Made by a program: the position numbers and the translations under genes. Shown piece by piece: positions 47,001-59,200 of a stretch of 64,000 nt of DNA. Each line of letters begins with the position of its first letter. Positions within the stretch are counted from its first letter, which is position 1. Location of the stretch: contig DF237157.1 of the NCBI GenBank assembly GCA_000708835.1, positions 62,001 through 126,000 on the forward strand, given 5' to 3'. The DNA is from Klebsormidium nitens. Lineage: Eukaryota > Plantae > Klebsormidiophyceae. Below the pieces are notes generated by a model, which was not told where the DNA came from, did not search any database, and saw nothing but the letters and a program-made list of their open reading frames with translations.

Positions 47001-48948
47001 AAGCGGCCTGAATACGACTTGAAAAGTCCGCAGCTTGCCTGTAGATTGTCACTCGTATTGAAGAACGATGAGAACGAGATAGAAATACAGCGCTCGGATG
47101 TATAAGAAGGCAACAAGGAAGCCCAGGTCGTTTACTGCACACCTTTAACAATATGGGCACCCCTGCATAAAAACCAAATGAGTTGACTCCAAGTCCAAGA
47201 AGCGAACAAGAGCATCATACTTCACATGCAGAGAAACCAAGCTGCACTCACTTGCCGGTTTGGATCTTTTGATCTCTGGGCGCTCAGGAAAGCGACCGCC
47301 ATAAAGTAGTCGTCCCAAGAAAGATATCTGTAAGGAAACAACGAGCGGTTCAGCTGAATGAAAGACTGAACACGCTCTTCAGATTGACACGCCTCTGCTG
47401 CGAGTGTCCAGGTATCTGTAGGTGCTTTCGCCTCTTAGACAAGATGAGGAAGACAGCTGGGCAGCCTGCTTGAATCTCCAAGGCTGTTGTTGACGCTGTG
47501 TGTGGAATTACAGATACAGTGTTCCGATTATGACTCTGCGTCTGAAGACGCAAGTACCGGCTTAGACCTGCCACAAACCTGTATCTGCCCTGCAAGAATG
47601 ATGACATTCTAAACAGAACCCCCTGACCAATCTCTTCAGACAAGATTGACAACCCCAGGTCACTCAAGAGATGCCCAAGTTGCCACTTTCACAACTACCT
47701 GTATACAGACTACCTCAGCCTCTGCAGGCCTGACAACTGGGAACAGATTGCGAACACCGAACCGCTCACCCTTTCCGTTTTGAAGGGTCTTCTGGATCGG
47801 GCTTCCCTGGAAGTGCCGGCGAAGTTGCCCCAAGGCTCTGATCTAGCAATCGCGGCTGCTTCTCTGGTGTTCTCAAATCAATACTGCTAATGTCAGCAGA
47901 TTGGCCGCTTGGGGAAGCTTCTCCTGAGTCTTTTGCCCCCTCTAAAAGCTCATCCAGCCGTCTGGACACTCCTGTTTCAGGATCTTGGCTTGACTTCCAT
48001 GCATTCCGCTCTCTAGGGGGGTCCAGAGACTTGGTTTCAATGTGATCCGTCGCCAGGGGTTTGATATGGTGACTGCCTAAGGAGCCAGCCTCCTTGAAGC
48101 CGCTTTCCAAGGGCAGATCGTTCAATTTCTGTTTGGGAGGGTTTTGGGGCTGGTTCAATGATCTTTGATGTCCGCAGCAACATTGATGAGCAGAGTCACT
48201 TGCAGCCTGCAGGAATTGGGACGGGATGGATATGTGACCGGAGGATTTAATGTCGCTTGCGTCCCCAATCTGGACCCCATATCACCTTCCCAATGCCAAG
48301 GTCATTCTGTTTCGATGGGTTGCTTTACAACCCTTCAACCGTTTGAGCTCAGCAAGAAGACCTAGAACAACGTACGCAGCATCCAGTGAGGGAAAAGAAG
48401 CTCTGCGAGCATCAATGAACAAGCTTGCTTACCCTTTCACATGGTGTCTCACAGATGATAAGTGATTATAGGCTCTTCAGATTCCGCAGCATTGTGGGGG
48501 CTCATGCATGCTCGCACCTTCTAACACTCCTGGTGTGAAGCTTTTAGTGGCTGTTCCCCGAAATCATGTGCTCCTACAATTGCACAATCTGACCTACTAT
48601 AATGTTGATAGTTGTAAGACATTTTTGCTCAGTCAGGAAGCAAGAATGCAACGAGCACGGGTTGCAGTCTCACGCCAACCACGTGTCCCATTTTTCAACC
48701 TAGAGCTTGCTGTCATAGCTTGATACGTAAGGAGGATCCAATTCTTCATCTACCGAGAGTCCCACCTTTTCAACCCGTGAGTAATGGAAGCCCAGCCATC
48801 TCGACCACTTTTGTGCTTGCTCATGCACTTGATCATCGCCCACAACTTTCACCGCAAGGATGGTAGCAAGTGCGGCTGCGGCGCCACTGACAACTGCTAC
48901 AGACGCTATCAGAGGGAGCGAGCTGGAAAGAGAGTCTGCATGGGCCAT
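44089..48948 (-). CDS. DCTD: dCMP deaminase (cytidine/deoxycytidylate deaminase family) with N-terminal hydrophobic anchor, 8 exons
   Basis: Exons 48948-48766, 48128-47770, 47327-47252 ([25 protein letters not shown]), 46946-46907 (VGACIV), 46078-45982 ([18 protein letters not shown]), 45403-45286 ([25 protein letters not shown]; HAE and PCxxC Zn motifs), 44564-44436 (SGISEVIYY), 44139-44089. All phases are consistent; the start codon choice is less certain. Confidence 0.95.
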
Positions 48949-50284
48949 GGTAGGATGACCCAGCCCCCACCCTGCGAGCTGCAAGCTGGACTTTGTGCCC
49001 TTTTCACATGCGTAGCTGCTGTGAAGGCCACGCAAGCCCCACGGAACTGAAAATGTGGGGAGGTGAAAATGGCGTCTGGAGTGCGCGAAGCTCAAGTTGC
49101 TAGATGTTGATAGAGGGAGCGAGCTAAAGAGTTTGCAGAGCCATGCTACAAAACGTCAGCCACCAGCCCGCGAGTTGCAGATGCACACTGGGATTCTGGA
49201 GCAAGTCTCGTGCCCTTGCCAACAAACGAGTGGTGCTGCTCTGAGAGGTGCCTGACTGAAATACCGCGGCCCTCTACGGTTGGCCTTTTGAAAAGCTCGA
49301 GTCAATGGATGTGAGCTGAGGATGGACAGAATTGAAGAAGAAACTTGCTGCCACCTTTGCTGCAGGGTCCAGGGAGTCAGCAAAGTCGAAGGAGACAGAG
49401 TCGCTCAGTGGACACAGAGAAAGTCAGTGGCACTGGCAGCACTGCCACTGGCAGTGGGAGAGAACTGCTGGCACCAGATCACCATTCATGCAAGGGGGCG
49501 ACCGAGCCGGCAGTCAAAAGCGCGGGGAAGTTGCTAGAAAGCAGTTCCTTGAACCGTTGGATCTCCACCCTGTTCACGATCCGAGGTACAAAATCGCTCC
49601 CGAGCAGTGGCAATTCAAATTACGAAGCTGCGCAGTACAAATGTCAAAGCTCATTCATTGTTGATCAGAGATCTCCTGACATCAGGAATCAGGATGAGAT
49701 TCAGAACCAGACGGTGCATCCTTGCAGACATCCTGCAGAGCTTGTTTTGTGGCACCATACCGTAATCTTAGATCTAGGGAGATTTCTTGGTGGCGCTTCT
49801 CCTAAAGAGAAACTCGATACCTAGCTGAATCCATCAGTTCGTTGATTCCTAGCGGGAGGCTTGTTTTCCATAAGATCTATCATTCCCTGCTGGTGTCACG
49901 CAATTTAGCCTGGATGCCCGTTTGAAATTCCTGAACCATGGCGCAGGAAGGTCGAAAAGGTAGGAGGCCGGATCAGGTTTCAGTATATTGCCTGCTGCTT
50001 GCTTTCCTTGTGGTATTTGCCCTGATAGTCAAACAAGTGACGACCAATTTGCCAAAAAGAAATGCCAGCATACTCTGAGTCTTAGTGTGTTGAAAGAGCC
50101 TGAAAATGAGCCATGAATGCTCAATTGCCCAGGAGCTGTACCTATGTCTTGCCTACAGTATGATTCACAAAGTCTTACCTGATATGCTCCTGTGAAAGCC
50201 TCTCAAGTTTTGTGCACAAGCCAGGCAGCTGGGACTCAAACAAGCGAGTCCAACAAAATCAGTCCTGGTCAACCTGTAGGGCCA

Positions 50285-53200
50285 ATGGAGCAAGACCAGA
50301 ACCTCCCGCCCACGCCGCTGTCCAGAAAGCAACAGCTCGAGCAATGGCAGGCACAGAAGCGCATGAGCGTGGAGTCGAGCAAGATCATGAAGGGGACACC
50401 TGTGAAGGAGACCCCCACTTCTGTGAGGTGAGCGCTTGGGACGGCTGTTCGTTTCAACACCTTGCATGCATAGAAGAAGCTGGAGTAACCCTCTGGCCTT
50501 CTGGAATAGTTGTATGCACAGCGTCACAATGGAAAGGGAAGCTGAAGATTATCAGGATTGCTTTGGGCTGTGCATAGCACCAGGTGATTGAGGAAGCAGC
50601 AACATGAATCACAAGGAAGGTGTTTGTATTCTTCACAAGAAGGCCCAGTATCTGCTTCTTGGCAAATGTTTGCAGATGATTGCGGTTTGCTGAGTGGAAC
50701 CAGCCCTTTGGATCTTCCAATGTTGCAACCCACTTCCAGTGCCGCCTCAGGACAATCAAGGAGACATGCAGTTTGGAGCACACTGAAGCTCATCCTGAGA
50801 CAGACCTTAATCATGCTGGTGCCAAGGCCGGCGACTGGATGCCAGGCGGCTGACTGTACACTTTTGTTGCAGATTGGCCGTTACTCCTTTAGCAAGAGCC
50901 TCCCAACCTTTCATTACCCCCAGCACATCAAAAGCCGCACCGAGTGGGGCTCCTTTGGGCAACAACCCAGCACTTGTCAACTCAGAAGCAAACACGCCGC
51001 AAGCAGACCGGACAGCCAAGTACCTCCACAACGCCTCAGCCAAGCCCGCAGGCATCCTGTCCCCCGTCAAGATGGGCTACCCCCAGCGGACGCCTTCTAA
51101 AGTTGGGACTCCAAAAGCTGCTCGAGTGCCGCTTCCCGCCCCAGTAGAGAGTTCCAGACCAGCCCGGGTGGCCCTGCCTCGAACCCCCCTGCCCAGCAAC
51201 GGCTTTAAGTGCCCCCCATCATTTGAGCAGAAGAAGGCCAAGGAGTGGACGCCCTTCAAGGGAGTGATGACCGGGCCGCTTGAAGCCATTGCGGGGAGAG
51301 TGGCTGCCCTGAAGGGTTCGCTCACTCCTCAAGGGAAGGGGAAACAGGCAGGAGAAACCAGTGCCAAACCTGCAAGTGCTCTGGACAGTGAGGGAAGCCT
51401 TGGGGCAACTAGAGGTGTGGGGAAGGGCCAACTGCCGGCTATGAAGAATGAAGTAGAAGGAGTGGATGTCGAGCAGGCGGCGCACTCAAGCTACTGGCTG
51501 GGGAGGATCCGGGAGGCGGAGGTGCGGGGGGACCATGGTTCCGTGATCACTCTCTTTGAGCAGGCAGTGGAGTTCAACGCCCAGGTGGGGGGACCTGAAC
51601 CTCGTTTTGGTTCTACCAAGTTGCCATTGCGATGAAAGATGCAGATGGTGCTTTCTTTCAAGCAGGACATGCGGCTGGGGCCCTGTTACAGATACGACTA
51701 TAGTGGACAAGCAGGGCAAAGGTTGGAAGGCTGTCTGTGTGTTTGAAGTGAGGGCAATGCCTCTCAGCTCCACGATTGATCGCAGGACTGAATTGGCTAG
51801 TGGCTTCTCTTTCCTAGGCACTGATGCAAAGTTGCCTATGGGCCATGCCTTTCAGGCGGAAGCGACCGCATACTGCTTCTTGATGCTCAAACAGGGACTT
51901 GCTTGCTTGCTGCTCCTAATCTCTCCCCTTCCCTTCTACAAACGTCATGCTCAAAGCATGTTTGCCTGTGCAGCCTGCGGTTGACCTTGTCAAAGCACTC
52001 CAGCAGTACCGAGCAAAGCACATGGGGGGGCGCTCAACACAGCCTGATTCCCAGCTGGAGACAGGACTGCCCAAGGGGCAAACTTTTGACACCCCCACCG
52101 CAACACTGTCTCAGAGGCAGGGGAGCCAACCAGGGGCGGAGGCACAGGGCTCCAAAGCAGAGGGTCCGGTCACGAGAACACCCGCACCAAACGTGCTCGA
52201 CACTGCTTTACTGCCCGCTGTGGCTCCTGAAAAAGCCGTGGATGGTTCTGGGCAGATTGAGGAGACCGGGGACAAGCAGGTTGCCCAAGGAAATGGAAGC
52301 AGGGACAGTGGTACAGGCGCCGTTGTTCAGAGAGCTGCTTCTCCGCCTCTTACAATGGTAATCGTGACACCTGTCAGTCCGTCTGAGAGGGAGCGGCAGG
52401 CGAAGGGGGGAGTCCAGCGGGAAGGCTCACCTCCAGCCCAGGAGAAGGGAGAAGATTTCCAGGTACGCTCCAGTGTTTCAACCTTCGAAGAACTGCCGAG
52501 GATAGGTTCCTGTCCAGCAGAAAACCAGATTGCAGTTTTGTGAGTCCTCTGTGTGTGACGTGACTAGGTTTGAGAGGCACTTGCATGAACATTCAGCACT
52601 TGAAAGATGATGCAAATTGGACTCGAGGTTTTCTCAGGAAGATGACGACTGTGAGAAATGTGACCAGATGGTACTCAAGTGTTCAAACGGGATTTTGTTG
52701 TGGTGATCAACGGGGTCTTTGCTTGGTTCACTTTCCGTCACGATTATGTCACTTTCGCAACTCTGCAATCACGTCCATATCAAAGTTAACACTCCCCCTT
52801 ACAAGCAAAGAATGGTACTTTAAGCCTGTACTGAAGTTTTCTACATGCTTTTATCTGCAGTTCTACCTGACGCCCGTACGTCAGAGCCCAGCAAGCGCGA
52901 CCCTCATGGTAGAAGCAGCAGAAGGTCCAGAAGAAATTGGTGAGTGCACCCCTTGCCACTTTCTTCTTTCTAACGCGTTCCACAAAGCGTAGCTGGTCCC
53001 CCCTCGTCTGCAGACCAATGATATAGAGACCATTTGTTCAGTCAGGTAGCAGGGAAGGGTTGAACTTCGACAATGGATCTTGGACTGTTTTGCCTCTCCG
53101 ACGAGGCTCCTCTTCGTCCTCTTGGCATGTCCTGCAGATTTGCACGGCCTTTCGAGAGATGGGATGTCCGTCGGCTATACTTTTGTTCTCCTGCTAAAGC

Positions 53201-56200
53201 AAAGTGGCTGTTCAAATAGGCAAAAGGAGCGGGCTCCCGTCGGTTCATCATCCAGGGCAAACCCTGAGCATAAAGCTGCCGTTTGATTTTGTGACGGACA
53301 GAAACCTTCCGCAGACACGTACTCCTTTGCAACCCATTGCCTTTGGCAGCAGGACCTTATTATTTCGGCAGTTCAACAAGCGTATAGAAGAGTCGAACGG
53401 ACATACGCTGTTGCTTCAGAATGTTTGCTCGCCACCCTTGCGAGATGCCGTTCAAAACGCAGCTAAACAAAAATCTCACAGTTATCACTCACTATCCATT
53501 TCTGCCAATTGGACGCAGGTGTCGCCCATCAGGAGCCGAACCCCGTCACTTCCATCCCGACCGTCACTGCCCCGCGCTCGGACAAGCAAGATGGGTCCAC
53601 CAGCCCCGAGACCGAGACCGACAAAACGGACGAGCTCCCTCCCTTACCCCCCTTCTCGAACCCGATCTACGCCTCCCCCCCAGGCGAGAGCAGCCCAACG
53701 ACTCTGCTGCCGCAAAATGGGCTTCCGCTAACCCAACCCCAAAACTCCGGTTTCCAAACCCCCACCTCCGGCCTCAAGATTTCCAAAGCCTCCGGCCACC
53801 AAACCCCCAAAGCATCTGCTCTCCAAACCCCCAAGGTCTCCGGTCTCCAGATTCTCAAACCCTTCGGTCTCCATACCCCCGATTACTCTGCTCTCCAAAC
53901 CCCCACCCCCTCGCGCCTCCAGACTCCTAAAGCTTCCGGGAGCCCGATGTCCTTCCCAAGGTCGCAGTCCTCTCCCGAAACTCCCGAGGGACCCGACGCC
54001 GTCGACTTCAACCCAGCAGGGGGCTCCCCGCACACCCCCAGGACCCCCGCGTTCCGAGGTGCAGCGCCGGCCGCCGCTGACCTCATGCTGACGCCAGCGG
54101 TGTCCCCGCTTGGGTGGCAGCCGGACGCGGGCGGGCATGGGCCGCAGGAGCCGGGCTCGGGGCCGGGCCAGAGCACGCCAGCCGCGATCCAAATGCCGAG
54201 CGTCCAGCGGAGCGCGTCTCGCGTCACGCCTGACGTCATCCGGACGCCCGGGCTCTCGCGGCGGCTCCTTTTGGACGGGGAGGAGCCGGCTCGCACGCCG
54301 AACCGGACGCCGCTTTCACGGTTTGCTCTCAAGTCGCCAAACGGAGGGGCGAGGCGGGTGCCGCTGTTTGGCGGAGCGGAAAAGCTGACACCGGCAAAGG
54401 TTCCGGCACCGGGGAGCACAGTTAGGGCCGCGGGTGGTGTCAAAGAGGTGGCGGATGGGAGGCTGACACCAACAGTGCGGACTGAAGGGGGAGGCGTGAA
54501 TGGTGGCAACGCAGTAGCTTCAGAGAAGCTGACACCGGCGACAAAAGCGAAACCTGGTGCTGCAGTGGAACTTGCGGCTTGTGTCAACGCAATGGCTACT
54601 GAGGCGGCCAGCGAGAAGTCGCAAGCCGATTCTGAGGGCACTCTGACGTCACATCTTGACCAAGTCACCGAGTTCCCAGTCGTGCTGAACGGCGGAAAGA
54701 GCCTCAAACCCTCGCCTTTGAATCTTCCGGGGGCCGCTAAACCGGCATCGTCGCCCAAGAATGTTTCTGTTCCAATGGCGCACATGGCAGGAGTTGGGGC
54801 CGGTCATCAATCGGACTGTGCGGCTGACGCGAACCAGGGGGGCAAGAATGGAGTTGAAGTTGACCCCCCGGAAGGGGAGCACTCTGCTCTGAAGGGTTTC
54901 GTCCGCATGCTTGCGCACGTGGCGACTGAGACGGCTACTCAAAAGCGCTCAAAACAAATCGGGGCGTTGCAAGCTCGGTACGAGGCCGTTCTGAAGGGCG
55001 ACTTGGGGGCCGAGGAGAGAGGCCTTGTTCGGGGCACTGCAGGCGCGGGAAAGTCTTCACTCACAAATTACCAAGCGCTTGTGGAGCCACGTGACACTCG
55101 CAACTGGCGCAAGGGGGACGTCCATCACCAGGGCAGCGGGCACAATGTTGGTGAGCAGTTTGGAAAAAGGGAGGAGCGATGTAGCAATTTGTTTGTCAGG
55201 AACGGTATCTGTCTCGACGAACCTGATTTTGAGAAATGCTCCTTCGTCTAACTTCTGTGAGACCAGCGGCTGTGTATGGTTTTCGTAGCGTTTGGAAAGG
55301 TGCAGACAGGGTGGTTCAGCCCGCTGGTTGCTGCTCGAGCAGTTGAAAGATTCAGATATCTGCCATGACACTCTTTGCATTATGCTATTCTTCATTACTG
55401 GGAGTCAACGTAGGAACCACAAAATCAATGATGCTCATGTTCAACACGCAGTCTTGAAACACACCAGTATGTCTTTTGGCCTCCCATTACAAGATTCAAA
55501 GCAGGCTTGATTTAGATGTCCTCGTGAGCCCTAGAAAGACTCTTGGGACCAGGAAAGGTGGAGTGACGAACACCGATGACACTACAGCAATGGAAAGTAA
55601 ACGTACTTCCATTGGTAGATGACTAGAGCATCAACGGTTTGCAAGCCATTATGACTCAAGCCCATAGAAATATTGAGTGTGAATGATGTCCTTTCTCCTT
55701 TTTTGAGGTGAAGGCGGTTGCAGCTTTGATTCCTTGTGACGGCAGTCGATTATCGAAGTTGGCAGATCTCCTGAGAAAGGACCAAGACCCAGCGTAACGT
55801 CCGTCGTCCCCAATGGATGATGCAACTCTTCTGACCACACAAGCAACTCTGGGACAATCGCCTTCATTTGGTAAAAGGCGGATTCTTCACGCAGGCTTGT
55901 CCGATCATTTTGACCTCGATGCGGAGCAAGCGCAGGTAAAATCAAAACGGCCCCGCCGCAAAGTAGCCTCTCAAACAGATGGCTCACTGAATGGCATCTG
56001 TTCAATTCGCAGATCGCGTGGAGGATGCTGTGGCAGACACCATGCGCAGCCCGAAGAAAGGGGCCAGCGAGGTTGAGCGATGGCTCAGGCGAGCCCGGGG
56101 GCAAGCGTCGCCGGTAACGCCAGCAGACAGAACGGGTCTGAACGTTACACCCGTGAGCCAGGTTCGTGGAGTGGACAAAACGGGCCTGGTGCCGGTAACG

Positions 56201-59200
56201 CCAGCAGACAGAACGGGTCCAAACGTTACACCCGCGAGCCAGGTTCGTGGAGTGGAGAGAACGGGCCTGGTGCCGGTTGAGGAGAACCAGACGGTGGTCG
56301 ACTTTCCGGCTGTGGAAGACAACGGCGCAAGCCCTGATGCCGCCAGATCGACTGAGCCTGCGGCCGATGTAGATGCGGCGGGTGTGAATACGTCCGGAAA
56401 GGGACCCAGCGCCGGTGTGAAGACGCCCCGTTTCGGTGTGCGTACGCTCAGAAACGGACGGAGCCCGAGGGAGACGGTGGGGCGCAGCCGGGGAGCCACC
56501 GAAACAGGGGGCGTGAACACGCCCGTACGAGGTGGGAATCCGCTCGCGCAGGGTGTGAATACGCCCAAGAGCGGGTCGAAGGGCACGCCGATGCTGCGCC
56601 AGGAGAGGGCGCGGCTGCCGCACCTGGTCATCGACAACAGCAAGAGGACACCGGTAACTGGTGAGGACAATGGCACCCTCGAACTTCTGTCTTGCTTTTT
56701 GTTTCTCTGTCGAAAGACGATGATACCAAACCCTTTCAGGCTTAGAAGGCTGAGGACTCGGGCAAGAGATATTGGGACCTGGGCTTGCCTTCTTGGCATA
56801 ACCTTTCCGCTTAACGTTAAGGCGCGTCTTGCAGGTGGCCTAATATAGCACCCCTTATACATTCAGCGGACTTCGCGAATCAATTTCAACCCTTCAGACA
56901 CAAGAACACCAAAGATGTGCTGCCTCAACAAATTGACCGACGGTTTCACCTTCGAAAGTTCGCTGTATCCTTGCAACGCTCTTATTCCGAGTCGGATGCC
57001 ACCTTCTCTGGCCCAACCAGAACAATCTCCTTTCAGCAGGTCACATGCATATCTTGCTGACGGACATGCGTTTTGTAAGATGTGCCAGAATCGATTTTCT
57101 GTTGGTCGCTCAGTTTTTCCCCCGCTCTTTGTCGCCCATTTTCACGACCCACGTCATATAGGCAACGAGCGAATGCGAAGCGTGCTAACAGAGCGATCTC
57201 TCTCGCAGGGGGCCGCCCTGGCCGCGGTGGCAGGTTCAACAGCCTGGTGGAAACCCCCCCGAATGCGCGCTCGTCTTCACAGCCCGAGATTATAACGCCA
57301 GGTCCGTAAAGCTTGACGAGGTTCTCTATTCTTTGTCTTTCCAAGAAAGGGAAGCGCTTTGGCTTGTGGCGGTGCATTAAAGTGTAGTCGGGTGTGTGTT
57401 CGAGTTGGTGCGTCGAGGTCAGCGATCGCTTTGTTTGTGGAGCAGATGAAAGCAAGTTTTCCACTGCAGAGTTCGGGTAGGGCGCATGCGATCTGCAAAG
57501 TTCGGGTAGAGAGCATGTAATTTGCACAACGCGACGTCCTTTCTCTCTCTGTGAAGGGTTCGTTGCACGAGATTCTTAGAAGAACCGACCCTGATTAACT
57601 CGACAAATTACATCAATCCGGAGGAAATGATGCAGCAATCGGACCCAAACGAGACGAACATTCGCTGAACTTCATTGCGCTTTGCTTGAAGCACCACCTT
57701 AGCCGGCCGTGTGCTAGAGTGCGCTGATCCGATTCTATTTTCAAAATTCACAAGAACGATACCCTAGGTTTTGTTTTGTTCGGTTCAAAAGCTGACCATG
57801 CCCATAATTTGCAGGGGCCGCCACAGCCGAAGAGTGGGCCGCAGCAGCAGACCAGATCCACCAGAATCAGGTCGACCCCTCGGTTAGCCTTAACCCAGCC
57901 GCTTTCGGCTCTCCCGTGAGCCCGGTGAACGAGACCGGTTCGAGCCCCGAAACCCCTCCCCCTTCGGACACTTCCCCCGAGGTCTCCCCGAACCTTGCTC
58001 CGCTTCTCGAGAGGCTCAACCTGGTCTCACCACGTACCTGCGTTGGACTGATCACACATGGCGACCAAACCTTGTTGAGCGTCTCGAAAAGCACCCCAGC
58101 GCGCCAGCTGTCCTCGCGGTTCACGCCCAGCCGTCTGAGCCGGCCCGCAGCAAGCTCAAATTCTCCCCCGGTGGATACCCCCGATCAGAGTAAGTCCACC
58201 GTCGCTAGAATGGCGGGTGACCGGGGGCTGAACTCCGGGGGCAAGATGCTGGGGAGCCCTGCGCAGCGGACGCCCGGTTTGCACGGGGGGCGGAGTGCCG
58301 GGAAGACCGGCACCCGGGAGCTGCGCCAACTGGCAGGGGCGCCAAAGCTGCTCGGCCAAGGTAGGGTGCTTCTACTTCAGCGTGCTGGTCTTACGAGTTC
58401 CCTTACTCGAGTCAATGTGAGGGCTCTTCCTCTGGGCTCGTTCCCGAGAAGTGGCACCGAAGGTGATTAAGCCAGGGGCACAGCACGCCTTATTCGCGCC
58501 CTGATTTGAATGGGTAGGACATCACCGTTGGCATCGTCCAAAATACACTGTCCTTGGCCAGTTTTCCTTCGAAGAGTCTGGTCGTTGGTACCTTCGGAGC
58601 GCATCATTCCTCAAGACTCATATTTAAGACACAGCAACTGTTCTCTGCTTCTTTTCTGCGCAATTCCTTACTCTCTCTCGTCCAGGCGCCGCAGCCGCCC
58701 CGGCCGCGACAACGATTCTGTCGCCCGTGCGCGCGAGCAAGCACGACCGGGCGGCCCTCGGAGCGGACCGATTCGTGCTGTCGCCGGTGCGGCGGTCCGG
58801 CCGGAAGCCGGTCGGGGAGGGGGCCACCAAGCAGACCAAGAGCGAAGTGGAGGAGCTGCTCGAGATGACAGGTGAGGGCGCAACTGTCAGCAATCTCGTT
58901 TGGGGTAAACTATCTTTTAGGAAGAGAGGCCTTTGTGTTTCGAGCGGATCTCTCTAGGCGACGTCGCATTTACAACGAAAACGAGTCTTCCGCAATGGTA
59001 TCTGAATGGCCGGAAGGAAGCCGGCCGCGGAGGGGGCCGCTAAGCAGACCAAGCACGAGGTCGGAGAGCTGCTCGAAATGACGGGTAAGCGCCTGTTCAT
59101 AGTGATTACGATGATTAACAGTTCACTTCAGTGTCCTAAGGGTTCGGCAGGGTTGTCGAGTCGGTTAGGCTGGTGAAAATTTCAGTTGGAGGGGTTGGGA

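Noticed and set aside
53883-56862. Long minus-strand ORFs 53883..54785 and 56002..56862
   Set aside because: Antisense shadows of GC-rich CKAP2-like exons whose plus-strand frames splice in phase.
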